Positions 9,067 through 18,325 of a stretch of 64,000 nt of DNA are shown one piece after another. Under the pieces are notes generated by a model. That model did not search any database and had not been told where the DNA came from. It saw only the letters and a program-made list of their open reading frames with translations. Made by a program: the position numbers and the translations under genes. The first letter of the stretch is position 1. Each line of letters starts with the position of its first letter. Origin of the DNA: a virus; IMG/VR virus record IMGVR_UViG_2718217647_000001; one strand, given 5' to 3'.

Positions 9067-10214
9067 TGAAAATTGCCCATATCGGTGATATCCATTGGGG
9101 CCTGAATTATCCGGGCCCCACCCCGCAGTCAAGATTCAATGATATCTGCACTATTATGAATTGGTCCGCCGATCGGATTATAGAGGAAGGATGCGAGCTT
9201 GTTCTAATGGCTGGGGACGCCTTTAAAGATGCCCGTGTCTTTATCGACCGGGCGAGTATTGAGATTAAGGCTTTTGCTGATTGGCTCAGAAGACTAACTT
9301 CCGCTGGCATCGATGTGATTGTGATCAGCGGAACCCCGTCTCATGATGCGGTGGCAGCCTATGAGATCATAAAAGAAATGTTAATTCTGGGTGTTAAGAT
9401 TCATACTGTACCGGCAGTGGAGACTTTCAATAATGTATCTATTGTCTGCCTTCCAGGGATGAATCGTTCCGGCATTCTTACGGAAGAAGAATGCCGGGGA
9501 CTGGCCCCCCATGTGGTCCATCAAATAATGACGGATCGAATCACTGAAACCTGCCAATCCCTACGTAACTTGTGTGGATATGAGCCTCGCATTCTAATGG
9601 GACATCTAACTTTTGACATGGCTGAAAAGGGCTTTGAGGATGTTCTGATGCAGCATGAGCCGGTCTTAACCCGGGAGGCAACAGAAGGGTTTGACCTTGT
9701 CCTGCTGGGGCATATTCATCGACCTCAACGGAATGAGAATGTCTTTTATTGTGGCAGCCCAGAAAGGCTCAGCTTTAATGATGAGCATATCACCCCAGGG
9801 TTTTGGATCCATGAAGTTGGAGGTAGTTCTAGATTTATTGAAACACCAGCACGGCAGTTTTATACAGCTCAATGGAATGAAAGAGATGTTGAGAGGTACC
9901 TCGACGGCAATAATTTAAGCTTTGTGTTTGATGGCGCCATTACCCGTATCCATTATACCTGCTCTGAGGAATTGAATAGACGTCTCAACCGTAAAGCATT
10001 GGAAAAGGATCTTTATGATGCCGGCGCCTTTTTTGTCCAAGAAATCAAAGCAGATATCCAGCGTACAGACCGGGCCCGGGATCAGGAAGTCACCGAATCC
10101 TTAGGGCCGGTGGAAACCGTGGGTAAATGGGCTGTGAACCAGAACATAGCCCAATCAGAAATCGAGGCACTGCAAAGAATGACAGCCAGCCTCATCGAGG
10201 AGGTGTCAGCATGA
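9066..10214 (+). CDS. sbcD: SbcD/Mre11-like metallophosphoesterase nuclease
   Basis: HIGDIHWG, AGDAF, SGTPSHD, LGHIHRPQ, YCGSPERLSF motifs. Confidence 0.92.
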   Translation: MKIAHIGDIHWGLNYPGPTPQSRFNDICTIMNWSADRIIEEGCELVLMAGDAFKDARVFIDRASIEIKAFADWLRRLTSAGIDVIVISGTPSHDAVAAYEIIKEMLILGVKIHTVPAVETFNNVSIVCLPGMNRSGILTEEECRGLAPHVVHQIMTDRITETCQSLRNLCGYEPRILMGHLTFDMAEKGFEDVLMQHEPVLTREATEGFDLVLLGHIHRPQRNENVFYCGSPERLSFNDEHITPGFWIHEVGGSSRFIETPARQFYTAQWNERDVERYLDGNNLSFVFDGAITRIHYTCSEELNRRLNRKALEKDLYDAGAFFVQEIKADIQRTDRARDQEVTESLGPVETVGKWAVNQNIAQSEIEALQRMTASLIEEVSA

Positions 10215-12778
10215 TCCCCTTGAGAATTGAAGCAACCAATATTGGGGCGGTACCCCATGTAGATATTGACCTTTCCAACATCAACCTAGCCTCTATTTGC
10301 GGCCCCAACGGGGTGGGGAAGAGCACCATTTTCACTATTGCCCCAGTATTTGCTCTGTTCGGAGAAACCAAGAATAGCTGCGGAATGGACAACATGGTCC
10401 GGCTAGGAACCCAGGAGATGGACTCAACTTTAGAATTCGAACACCGCGGGGAGATATACCGAGTGATCCGGACCCGGTCCACCAAGGGCAAAGGGAAGAC
10501 TACTCTGGAGCTTCAGAGGTTGATCGAAGATCCGGAACTGAGTGCCAGGAAGTGGGATAGCCTATCAGGTACAACTACCTGGGAAACAGAGGATAAAATC
10601 AAGGAACTTTTGAATCTGGACGCAGAGACATTTCTGGCCAGTAGCATGATCCTCCAGGGAAAGGCCAATGAATTCACTTCCAAGCCTGCTGGCCAGAGAA
10701 AGGCTATCCTGGCCCAGATCCTGGGACTTGAAATCTATGACCGCCTCCTTGAAAAGGCTAAGGAGAAGGAGCGGGCTGTAAACATCGAATTGGAAAAGGC
10801 TAAAGCAAAACTCTCTGAATTGGATACCAGGCTGGTTGCTAAACCCGCCGTAGAATCAGAACGCGCCGTTTGCCTCGATGAAATCTCAAGGATAGAAGCA
10901 GAGATTCAATCAAAAGAGTCAGAACTGCGGCAAGCCCGGGACAGAGTCCGTCAACTAGAAATCAAGCAGCAACGTGCAAGAGAACTCGACCGACAGATCG
11001 ATACCCTCTGGACTGAGATTGAGCAGAAGGAAAGCGAGAAGTCGGAGCATGGGGATAAGCTGGTCCGGGCGCAAAAGATTCTGGATTCTGAAGCTCAGAT
11101 TCTTTCAAAATCGAATGAACATGAACAGGTTAAGCAGCGTATTACTGTATTGCAAACCAAGCAACCCCGCCTTTCTGAATTAGACATCCAGGAACGACAG
11201 ATCCGGGGGGAATTGGTAAAAATAGAAAGCCAATTGACTACCACTTCCCAGCAGGTTACAAAGACCGAAACAATACTTGCATGCCAGTCAGAGCTTGAAC
11301 AAGCTGTCAATGAATTCAATCTGTTAGGCGCGGATATTGAAAGACTGGACAAGTTGGCTGAAACTTTCCGCATCCAAGAACTTAATGCTATTCAGAAAAA
11401 AGCCGCATGGGAGAAAAAGGATACGGAAATAGAAAACCGAGCAAAGGAATTAAATGATCAAATCTCAGGACTCAAAAAAAAGGTTGAAATGCTCGGCAAT
11501 AGCGGCTGCATCAATCCGGAGAATGCTCAGTGCAGATTCCTGGCCGACGCTCAGGATGCAAAGAAGAAGCTTCCCGATCTGGAAAAAGAACTGGCGAGTA
11601 TCGATGGGTCCCAGATCCAACCGTATTGGGAAGAATACCAGAATGCAAAAAGATCCGTGGAAGAACTGAAATATGACCCGCTGCAACACAAGCAAAGTAA
11701 AGAAAGGCTGAATTTCCTCAGGCCGAAGGTGGAACAGGCGGCCCAGTTAGATTCTAAACAGGAACTCCTCCAAAACCTGAAACAGCAGAAATCACAGGCT
11801 GAAGAGCAAAAAGGACAGATATTGGATCGCATTAAGGGCTTTCAGGCCGAGAGGATCAAATTGGTCGAGGAATTAAAGCCACTAACGGAACTGGAAGCCA
11901 GACTTCCTAAGCTTGCCCAATGGGCTCAAGTCAAGGACCAGCTTCCTGCAGCCCGGGGAATGGTCGCAGTGACCAATGAGACGATCGCCAAATTGAAAAC
12001 TGAGATTGAGCTGAAGCGAAAGACCGCATACCAGCTAGGGAATGAGAAGAATGAGATTGACCGTTGGGTGGACAATCTTCCTACAGAGCTAGGTGGTATC
12101 GCTGATTTAGAAGAAAATCTGGGAACGTTGCGCAAAGAACTGACTGACTATAGTACCAGGGCCGGAGTGATCGACGCCCAATTGAAATCATTAGAAAAAG
12201 ACGAAGAGGAGCGCCGGCAGATTAAAGATCAGATCATCCCCCTTGCAAAAGACCTGGTGCGGTGGCAAACACTGGTGAAGGCTTACGGCCGGGACGGGAT
12301 CCCCGCCCTGATCATTGAGAATGCGGTCCCCGAGCTAGAGCGTATCGCCAACGAGATCCTGGGGCAGATGTCCAAGGGTGAGCATTCTCTGCGATTTGAA
12401 ACCCAGCGTGACCTGAAAAGCAGGGCGGGTGTAAAGGAAACCCTGGATATTATCGTATCAGATTGGATCGGGGACAGGCCTTATGAAACTTTCAGTGGCG
12501 GGGAGCAGCTGCGCATTGACTTTGCAATTCGGTTTGCCCTTGCGGAGCTGCTAGCCAGGCGAGCCGGCTCCCGGGTGGAATGGCTGACGATCGATGAAGG
12601 ATTAGGAAGTCAGGATGCAGTACACAGGGGTCTGGTCCTGGAGGCAATCAAGAGCGTGGCAGACCGATTTAGAAAGGTCTTGGTTATTACCCACATTGAG
12701 GAGGCTCAGGCGGTTTTTGAACAGCAAATCTATTTGGAACCTGGGGAAGATGGGGTAAGAGTAAAGCTTGCTGCATAA
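10211..12778 (+). CDS. sbcC: SbcC/Rad50-like SMC ATPase
   Basis: Walker A GPNGVGKST, long coiled coil, signature FSGGE, Walker B IDEGLGSQD, H-loop ITH. Confidence 0.92.
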   Translation: MIPLRIEATNIGAVPHVDIDLSNINLASICGPNGVGKSTIFTIAPVFALFGETKNSCGMDNMVRLGTQEMDSTLEFEHRGEIYRVIRTRSTKGKGKTTLELQRLIEDPELSARKWDSLSGTTTWETEDKIKELLNLDAETFLASSMILQGKANEFTSKPAGQRKAILAQILGLEIYDRLLEKAKEKERAVNIELEKAKAKLSELDTRLVAKPAVESERAVCLDEISRIEAEIQSKESELRQARDRVRQLEIKQQRARELDRQIDTLWTEIEQKESEKSEHGDKLVRAQKILDSEAQILSKSNEHEQVKQRITVLQTKQPRLSELDIQERQIRGELVKIESQLTTTSQQVTKTETILACQSELEQAVNEFNLLGADIERLDKLAETFRIQELNAIQKKAAWEKKDTEIENRAKELNDQISGLKKKVEMLGNSGCINPENAQCRFLADAQDAKKKLPDLEKELASIDGSQIQPYWEEYQNAKRSVEELKYDPLQHKQSKERLNFLRPKVEQAAQLDSKQELLQNLKQQKSQAEEQKGQILDRIKGFQAERIKLVEELKPLTELEARLPKLAQWAQVKDQLPAARGMVAVTNETIAKLKTEIELKRKTAYQLGNEKNEIDRWVDNLPTELGGIADLEENLGTLRKELTDYSTRAGVIDAQLKSLEKDEEERRQIKDQIIPLAKDLVRWQTLVKAYGRDGIPALIIENAVPELERIANEILGQMSKGEHSLRFETQRDLKSRAGVKETLDIIVSDWIGDRPYETFSGGEQLRIDFAIRFALAELLARRAGSRVEWLTIDEGLGSQDAVHRGLVLEAIKSVADRFRKVLVITHIEEAQAVFEQQIYLEPGEDGVRVKLAA

Positions 12779-12837
12779 ATTTTTTTACCCCTCAGCGGAA
12801 AAATTTAACTCTGTTACCAAGAAGGAGGTTAAAAACG

Positions 12838-13020
12838 ATGACGGCCATTTTAGAAATGGAGATGCCGATCACTTGCTGCGATTGTAAACTGTCCTGGTAT
12901 GAGTCCGGTGATGATGGTGAGGTTCTAATATGTGTGCCTTTGTTATCGGATTCGGAAGCTGATCTTGTAGAAGGAACTTTTTTATCGCGCCGTCCGGATT
13001 GCCCATTACGAGCCGTTTAG
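12838..13020 (+). CDS. Small Cys-rich hypothetical protein
   Basis: SD AGGAGG; CCDC...CP. Confidence 0.6.
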   Translation: MTAILEMEMPITCCDCKLSWYESGDDGEVLICVPLLSDSEADLVEGTFLSRRPDCPLRAV

Positions 13021-13245
13021 TCAGGGCGATTACCGATTATGGATAAATTAACGCTTTGAACCCAATGAAGAGGCTCCGCCCGATGATGTAATGGGATACG
13101 CATAAGGCGTTAACTGGTCGGACGGAGGGCGGGGCGATTAAGAAAATAAATGAAAATGATTAGTGAAAAAACGATTATTTGAAAACCGAATGCGCGCAGC
13201 CGGAAGCCGGGGCCGACCAGCCGGGGACCGGTTAATGTAAAGGAG

Positions 13246-13437
13246 ATGAGAATCTTGGGTAAAAAGCCTAAAGGTAGTTTTAAAGATTCGAGAGGAAAAT
13301 TGTTTGTTGATTGTGCTGAATGTAAGCGAGGCGGCAATGGCGATGACGCAGACAAGTGTTCATCAGGATGGAATAAAAAAAGAATTAACAATGGCGGCTG
13401 TTTCTGCGGTGATCTAATGGAGAAGTTTGAGATTTAG
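13246..13437 (+). CDS. Small Cys-rich hypothetical protein
   Basis: SD AAGGAG; CAEC...C...CFC. Confidence 0.6.
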   Translation: MRILGKKPKGSFKDSRGKLFVDCAECKRGGNGDDADKCSSGWNKKRINNGGCFCGDLMEKFEI

Positions 13438-13449
13438 GGGGCAAATATC

Positions 13450-13611
13450 ATGACCAGATGCAGACGATGCCACCGGCGCCTGAAGGATCCTGTATCAATC
13501 GAGCGGGAACTCGGGCCCAGTTGCTACAAAAAGGTAGGGAAGCCCCCAATAATCAAGCAGTTAGAATTGTTTTTTGAAACTGATCAGAAGAGGGAGGTGC
13601 CAAATGCGTAA
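13450..13611 (+). CDS. DUF6011-like zinc-finger microprotein (53 aa; not in ORF track)
   Basis: Manual translation MTRCRRCHRRLKDPVSIERELGPSCYKK. Confidence 0.7.
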   Translation: MTRCRRCHRRLKDPVSIERELGPSCYKKVGKPPIIKQLELFFETDQKREVPNA

Positions 13612-13915
13612 ACTTTTTGTCGTGTTTTTGATCATACTCATCTTATTTTTTATCGTTCCTGGGGTGATCGATTCTTATGCACGGGTCCAGCCCGAGCGGC
13701 CCCAGCGGTATACCATGCATGTGGTCAGGCCTGGAGATTGCTTCTGGAACCTGTCTGAGGCATATATGCCGAAGGTTGATCCCAGGATCGGGGTGAGGTG
13801 GATTCAGGAGGCGAATGGGCTTGAGGATGAGCCGGGATACGTGATGCAGCCGGGCGACCGCCTAAATGTTCCGGATGAGGATGGGGAATTAGCAGAGCCA
13901 TATGGGCAGGATTAG
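13604..13915 (+). CDS. Membrane-anchored LysM protein (YneA-like)
   Basis: N-terminal TM helix; HVVRPGDCFWNLS...IQEANGL...MQPGDRLNVP LysM. Confidence 0.8.
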   Translation: MRKLFVVFLIILILFFIVPGVIDSYARVQPERPQRYTMHVVRPGDCFWNLSEAYMPKVDPRIGVRWIQEANGLEDEPGYVMQPGDRLNVPDEDGELAEPYGQD

Positions 13916-13945
13916 ATTTATATAACGTGTTGGCGGAGTGATTCT

Positions 13946-14719
13946 ATGAACTACATAAAAGAAATCAATGCCTTTTACGATTGGCTCGAAACCAACTCTA
14001 TATCTGACTCCTGTATTGTCTTATGGCATGCCTTAATGCACATATGCAATAAAGCAGGATGGGTAACGGAGTTCGCAGTAGCTATATCCACCCTTGAAAC
14101 CAAAACTGGGTTGAAGAAAGACGCGATTATAAGGGCGCGTCAAAGGCTGCAACAATCTGGAAGAATAATATTTAAAAGTAGATCAGGCCAGCAGTCAGCA
14201 CTCTACATAATCATTCCGTTCGAAATTAATTGCGTCGTTTTAAACGACACTAACTACGACACTAACTGCAACGCAAACCGCGCACAAAGTGCAACACAAA
14301 CCACAACACAAACCGCGTCCATTATTAAACTAAACGATATTATTACTACTCCTACTATCCCCGCATGTGAGGAATTCAATATTTTTAAATTCATCGAAAG
14401 GGAGTTAGGGTATCCGCTTAGTTCCACACAGATGGACATGATCATGAAGTGGCAGGGAAATAATTCCGACGAACTAATCAAGTGCGCGGTAGCGGAGGCA
14501 CTGGCACAAAACGTCAGGACATTTGCCTATATTGACAAAATTATTTTGTCCTGGGAAACAAGTGGGATAAAAACTATTCAGCAGGTATCTGCAGCCAAAG
14601 AAGAATTCCAGAAAAGGCGTGAAAAATCTCGGGATAAAAAGGGGAGGAGAGGGCAAATAGCCGAACCCAAGAAGGAAGAAAAAGGAAAATATAATTGGCT
14701 ATATGAAAATCTTAAGTAG
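13946..14719 (+). CDS. Phage replication initiator with DnaD domain
   Basis: MNYIKEINAFYDWLE N-terminus; LIKCAVAEAL...FAYIDKIILSWETSGIKT DnaD motif. Confidence 0.88.
   Translation: MNYIKEINAFYDWLETNSISDSCIVLWHALMHICNKAGWVTEFAVAISTLETKTGLKKDAIIRARQRLQQSGRIIFKSRSGQQSALYIIIPFEINCVVLNDTNYDTNCNANRAQSATQTTTQTASIIKLNDIITTPTIPACEEFNIFKFIERELGYPLSSTQMDMIMKWQGNNSDELIKCAVAEALAQNVRTFAYIDKIILSWETSGIKTIQQVSAAKEEFQKRREKSRDKKGRRGQIAEPKKEEKGKYNWLYENLK
14234..14320. repeat. Iteron-like repeats inside the initiator gene (candidate ori)
   Basis: GTCGTTT-T-AAACGAC IR; tandem ACGACACTAACT x2 (14244-14267); CAAC(A/G)CAAACC x3. Confidence 0.6.
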
Positions 14720-14742
14720 ATGGATTTGGAGGGATAAAAAAT

Positions 14743-14997
14743 ATGAAAAATGGTCTTGATGATTTACAGAATCATTTATTTGCCCAGCTGGAGCGGCTTG
14801 GTGATGAGGACCTGAAAGGGGACGATCTCTCGGAAGAAATTAATAGGGCAAAGGCTATTTCCGATATTGCAACGCAAGTAATAGCAAACAGCAATTTGGT
14901 GCTGAAAGCAATGACATTTACAAAGGAGTATGGCATTGGGGGAAATGAAAGTAAAAAAATGCCTACAATGCTGAAGGAGTTATTTTTGAAGGAGTAG
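14743..14997 (+). CDS. Hypothetical protein (commonly found upstream of HNH genes)
   Basis: LQNHLFAQLERL...EEINRAKAI. Confidence 0.7.
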   Translation: MKNGLDDLQNHLFAQLERLGDEDLKGDDLSEEINRAKAISDIATQVIANSNLVLKAMTFTKEYGIGGNESKKMPTMLKELFLKE

Positions 14998-15000
14998 AGG

Positions 15001-15786
15001 ATGATCGTGAAAAACTATCCGGAAGAAGTAAAGGCTTTTATCGCTCAAAACGTAAAAGGAATGACGCTAAAAACCCTGATTGAGCTTGTTAATGCGAAAT
15101 TCGGCATGGATTTCACAGAAAGTAAAATGAAGTCGTATAAGACAAATCATGGACTAAAAAGTGGAATTGGACAAGGTGTTCCGGCCGGACTGCCTACAAA
15201 GCTGTATCCCGAAGAAGTCCGGAAGTTTATCAACGATCATTATATCGGGGTTGGTCATCAGGGGATGGCAGATCTGCTGAATAAGATGTTTGGAACGAAC
15301 TATACCAAGGATCAGATGAAAGCCTATTATGCTAGATTCAAGCTCGACAGTGGTTTAAAAGGATACTTCCAGAAGGGACGTAATCCCTGGAACAAAGGAA
15401 AAAAAGGTACTGGTGGATGGGAACCCACTCAATTCAAAAAGGGGCACACACCAACTAATTACAGGCCGGTTGGATCTGAACGGATTAATGTTGATGGCTA
15501 TATAGAGATAAAGATTGCTGATCCAAACAAGTGGAGACCAAAACACCAAGTAGTATGGGAACAAACAAACGGTCCAATTCCAAAAGGCCATACCATCATT
15601 TTTGGCGACGGAAACAAGCAAAATTTAGAACCCAATAACCTTATTCTTGTTTCCCGGAAGCAGCTCGTAAGGTTAAATAAGCATAATTTGATTCAAAACG
15701 ATGCTAATCTAACAAGAACAGCGATAGTGATTGCTGATATTTATAACAAAATTGGAGAAAGAAAGCGGAAAAATAAAATACGTTAG
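15001..15786 (+). CDS. HNH endonuclease with duplicated N-terminal domain
   Basis: Two YPEEV... repeats; KHQVVWEQTNGPIPKGHTIIFGDGNKQNL...NLIL. Confidence 0.85.
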   Translation: MIVKNYPEEVKAFIAQNVKGMTLKTLIELVNAKFGMDFTESKMKSYKTNHGLKSGIGQGVPAGLPTKLYPEEVRKFINDHYIGVGHQGMADLLNKMFGTNYTKDQMKAYYARFKLDSGLKGYFQKGRNPWNKGKKGTGGWEPTQFKKGHTPTNYRPVGSERINVDGYIEIKIADPNKWRPKHQVVWEQTNGPIPKGHTIIFGDGNKQNLEPNNLILVSRKQLVRLNKHNLIQNDANLTRTAIVIADIYNKIGERKRKNKIR

Positions 15787-15801
15787 CGGAGGTGTAAAAA
15801 A

Positions 15802-15990
15802 ATGCCTCGGAAGAACTGCAATGCCCGCCTACGTGAGCGGGGGAAAAAGATAAAAGCACAGCCGAATTTCCGGATTGAGGTTGACATTCCCTCCAGGCCG
15901 TGGCGGCTTATAAACGATTTTAGACCGGGAGTGATAGTGGCTGAGGCCAGAATTGAAAATTCTACTCTAAAATTGGACAAGGTGGTGTGA
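15802..15990 (+). CDS. Hypothetical protein
   Basis: ORF with SD GGAGG. Confidence 0.55.
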   Translation: MPRKNCNARLRERGKKIKAQPNFRIEVDIPSRPWRLINDFRPGVIVAEARIENSTLKLDKVV

Positions 15991-15993
15991 AAA

Positions 15994-16362
15994 ATGTTTG
16001 ATAAGGCAGTAGCTAAGATAAAGTCCGAAATGGACCAGAATAAAAATAATTCTTATATCCAGGTGGTCGGGGGATTCCTGCTGCAGCACCTGAACGAAAA
16101 CCTGGGCGCTGCGGAGAAGATCATGCAGGAGGGCAAGACCATCGCGAAGAGCCTGGATTCCATGAGGAACGAAGCGTCAAAGAAGAAGGTCGGGAATTGC
16201 GCAATGTTTACACCAACAGAAGGATTTAATATTGTGCTGAAATATTTTAATATCGCCGGCACGCCTTCTCCTGATCCAGCTCCAGCAGCTACCACAACTC
16301 CTGCTCCTGAGCCGGTAAAAGAGGAGATTGGCTTTAGTCTCTGCTTGGAAGACTTATTGTAG
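15994..16362 (+). CDS. PcfK-like protein (AcrIIA9-related family)
   Basis: KIMQEGKTIAKSLDSMRNEASKKKVGNCAMF...IVLKYF; directly upstream of PcfJ. Confidence 0.65.
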   Translation: MFDKAVAKIKSEMDQNKNNSYIQVVGGFLLQHLNENLGAAEKIMQEGKTIAKSLDSMRNEASKKKVGNCAMFTPTEGFNIVLKYFNIAGTPSPDPAPAATTTPAPEPVKEEIGFSLCLEDLL

Positions 16363-16374
16363 GAGGGAAGGCAG

Positions 16375-18309
16375 ATGCTGATCAAAAAAGAGTTAGAACA
16401 AATCCCTGTCCAGGCTTTCCCTGTTCTGCCCGTAAAAGGCAAGCGGGACAAATACGCGGCTGCTGTCCAGGTGATTAGCATGGAAAAGTGCGGAAATATC
16501 CTCGTCATTGACGTCTTCAGACGCGAGGGACAATTCCTGGCCATGCGGTTTTTCTCGGACGGAAACACATTTTTAGTCTCTAATGAGCGGCCAGGCAAGG
16601 GCTGGGAAAAACGGATGCCGAGCGCTGTACTGGAGGGTGTCTGCTCGTACGGATGGGACATAGACGCCGCGGCCGCCGACATACAGCTTGCCAACAGCGT
16701 GCTTAAAAATAAGCAGGTCTCTTGGCATTACGTCCGCGGAATCAGGGGCGAAATGGACGCCTTCGTCGGAGGAATCAACGAGAAAAAACGGGAGCAGTCC
16801 ATGGAGCGTAAGTACGGCAAGATGAAGGAACATTTTGCAATGTTCCCGGACTACCCGGCAGACCTGCCTGAATTTTGCGAGACGCAAGTGTTTAAAAACA
16901 CTGTCGTTTTTCTGGACAAAGTCCAAAAAACCACAAGAAAGGCGGTTTGCGGCCACTGCGGACACAAATATTCAGTGGCGAAAGAAATTAAGCCGGGCCA
17001 AAGCGGATCCTGCCCGAAGTGCAAAATGCCCGCGAAGTACCGCGCAAGCTGGGCAAAAGGCCTGTACAGGGAAAAGGCGAAAATCTGCATCACTCACAAG
17101 GTCAATAATCAGTTGCTGGTTCGCTGGGCGAATGTGGAGCGCATTTTCCCAAAGCAAAAATACCAGTATTCTTTCTGGGACTTTTACCGGAATCTGCATC
17201 TGTGGGAGCAGAGGAAACCGGTTTTGTACGCCTATGACTACAAGCCGATAATGCAATGGGGTGAAAACTGGTATCGCCAGAAAAACGGCTCAACACACCA
17301 AAACCCGGCGTACATCTACACGAATAACCTCCGGGAAGTTTTCGGCGAGTCATATTACCACGTTGACCTGCAGGCAGGACTGCAGAACACCGGCCAGCTG
17401 CCATTTAGCAGACTGCTCGACAACCTGGAAAACATCCCTGCGGCCGAATATCTATTTAAGATGGGCCTGACCGCCTTGGCGGCCGCCTACATGGGCGAGG
17501 AGAAGCTTGGCCAAAAAGCAGGTTTTGCCGAGGTGCTGGGCGTCAGCAAGCAGTATCTGCCCATGTATCAAAAATTTAACATCGAACCGCTGGAGCACAA
17601 GATTATCCGGGCGTCGAGGACCTGGGTGAGCGAAAAAAATTTCCTGAAATTCCGAGCCCTGGCACCTGACCCCTGGGATTATGGCTATATTGCGGGATAC
17701 TTAGAAAAGATGTCCTTTGAGCGCTTCGCCAACTACTTCACAAAGCAAAAAGAACTGAACGGCAAGCAAAATCTCCACTACAGCCTGATGCTCTACCGGG
17801 ACTATCTTGATATGTCGGACGCGCTGAAAGTGGACATGTCGCATAAATCCGTCCGTTTCCCGAGCAATATTCAAGCGGCCCATGACCAGATCCTGCCCCG
17901 GTTTAATCAGATGAAGCATAAGGTTGAGGATGAGAAGTTTAAACTGGCTGTTGAAAAGCTCTATTCCGGGATGAAAGATTACGCAAAGGGAGATTATTGT
18001 ATCGTATTCCCGGCGCTCCGGAGCGATCTAATAACAGAAGGCCAATCCTTAAAACATTGCGTCGGCGGGCAGCGGTATGCCGATAACCACATGGCCGGTA
18101 CTCAGATGATTTTCTTCGTCAGGCGGGCCCAGGAGCCAGGCAAGCCCTTCTTCACGATGGAAATTGACATGAAGGAACTGAAAATATTACAACTGCATGG
18201 CTACAACCACCGCGCAGCGCCGCCGGATGTGAAGAAATTCGCCCAAGAATTTTTAAGGACATTGCCCAGAAGGGAAATTAACAGGGTCCGGGTAACAATC
18301 CCGGCATAA
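16375..18309 (+). CDS. PcfJ-domain protein
   Basis: YRDYLDM, AAHD, LITEGQSLKHCVG, FFVRRAQEPGKPFFTMEI motifs. Confidence 0.88.
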   Translation: MLIKKELEQIPVQAFPVLPVKGKRDKYAAAVQVISMEKCGNILVIDVFRREGQFLAMRFFSDGNTFLVSNERPGKGWEKRMPSAVLEGVCSYGWDIDAAAADIQLANSVLKNKQVSWHYVRGIRGEMDAFVGGINEKKREQSMERKYGKMKEHFAMFPDYPADLPEFCETQVFKNTVVFLDKVQKTTRKAVCGHCGHKYSVAKEIKPGQSGSCPKCKMPAKYRASWAKGLYREKAKICITHKVNNQLLVRWANVERIFPKQKYQYSFWDFYRNLHLWEQRKPVLYAYDYKPIMQWGENWYRQKNGSTHQNPAYIYTNNLREVFGESYYHVDLQAGLQNTGQLPFSRLLDNLENIPAAEYLFKMGLTALAAAYMGEEKLGQKAGFAEVLGVSKQYLPMYQKFNIEPLEHKIIRASRTWVSEKNFLKFRALAPDPWDYGYIAGYLEKMSFERFANYFTKQKELNGKQNLHYSLMLYRDYLDMSDALKVDMSHKSVRFPSNIQAAHDQILPRFNQMKHKVEDEKFKLAVEKLYSGMKDYAKGDYCIVFPALRSDLITEGQSLKHCVGGQRYADNHMAGTQMIFFVRRAQEPGKPFFTMEIDMKELKILQLHGYNHRAAPPDVKKFAQEFLRTLPRREINRVRVTIPA

Positions 18310-18325
18310 AGGAAGGAGAATAAAG

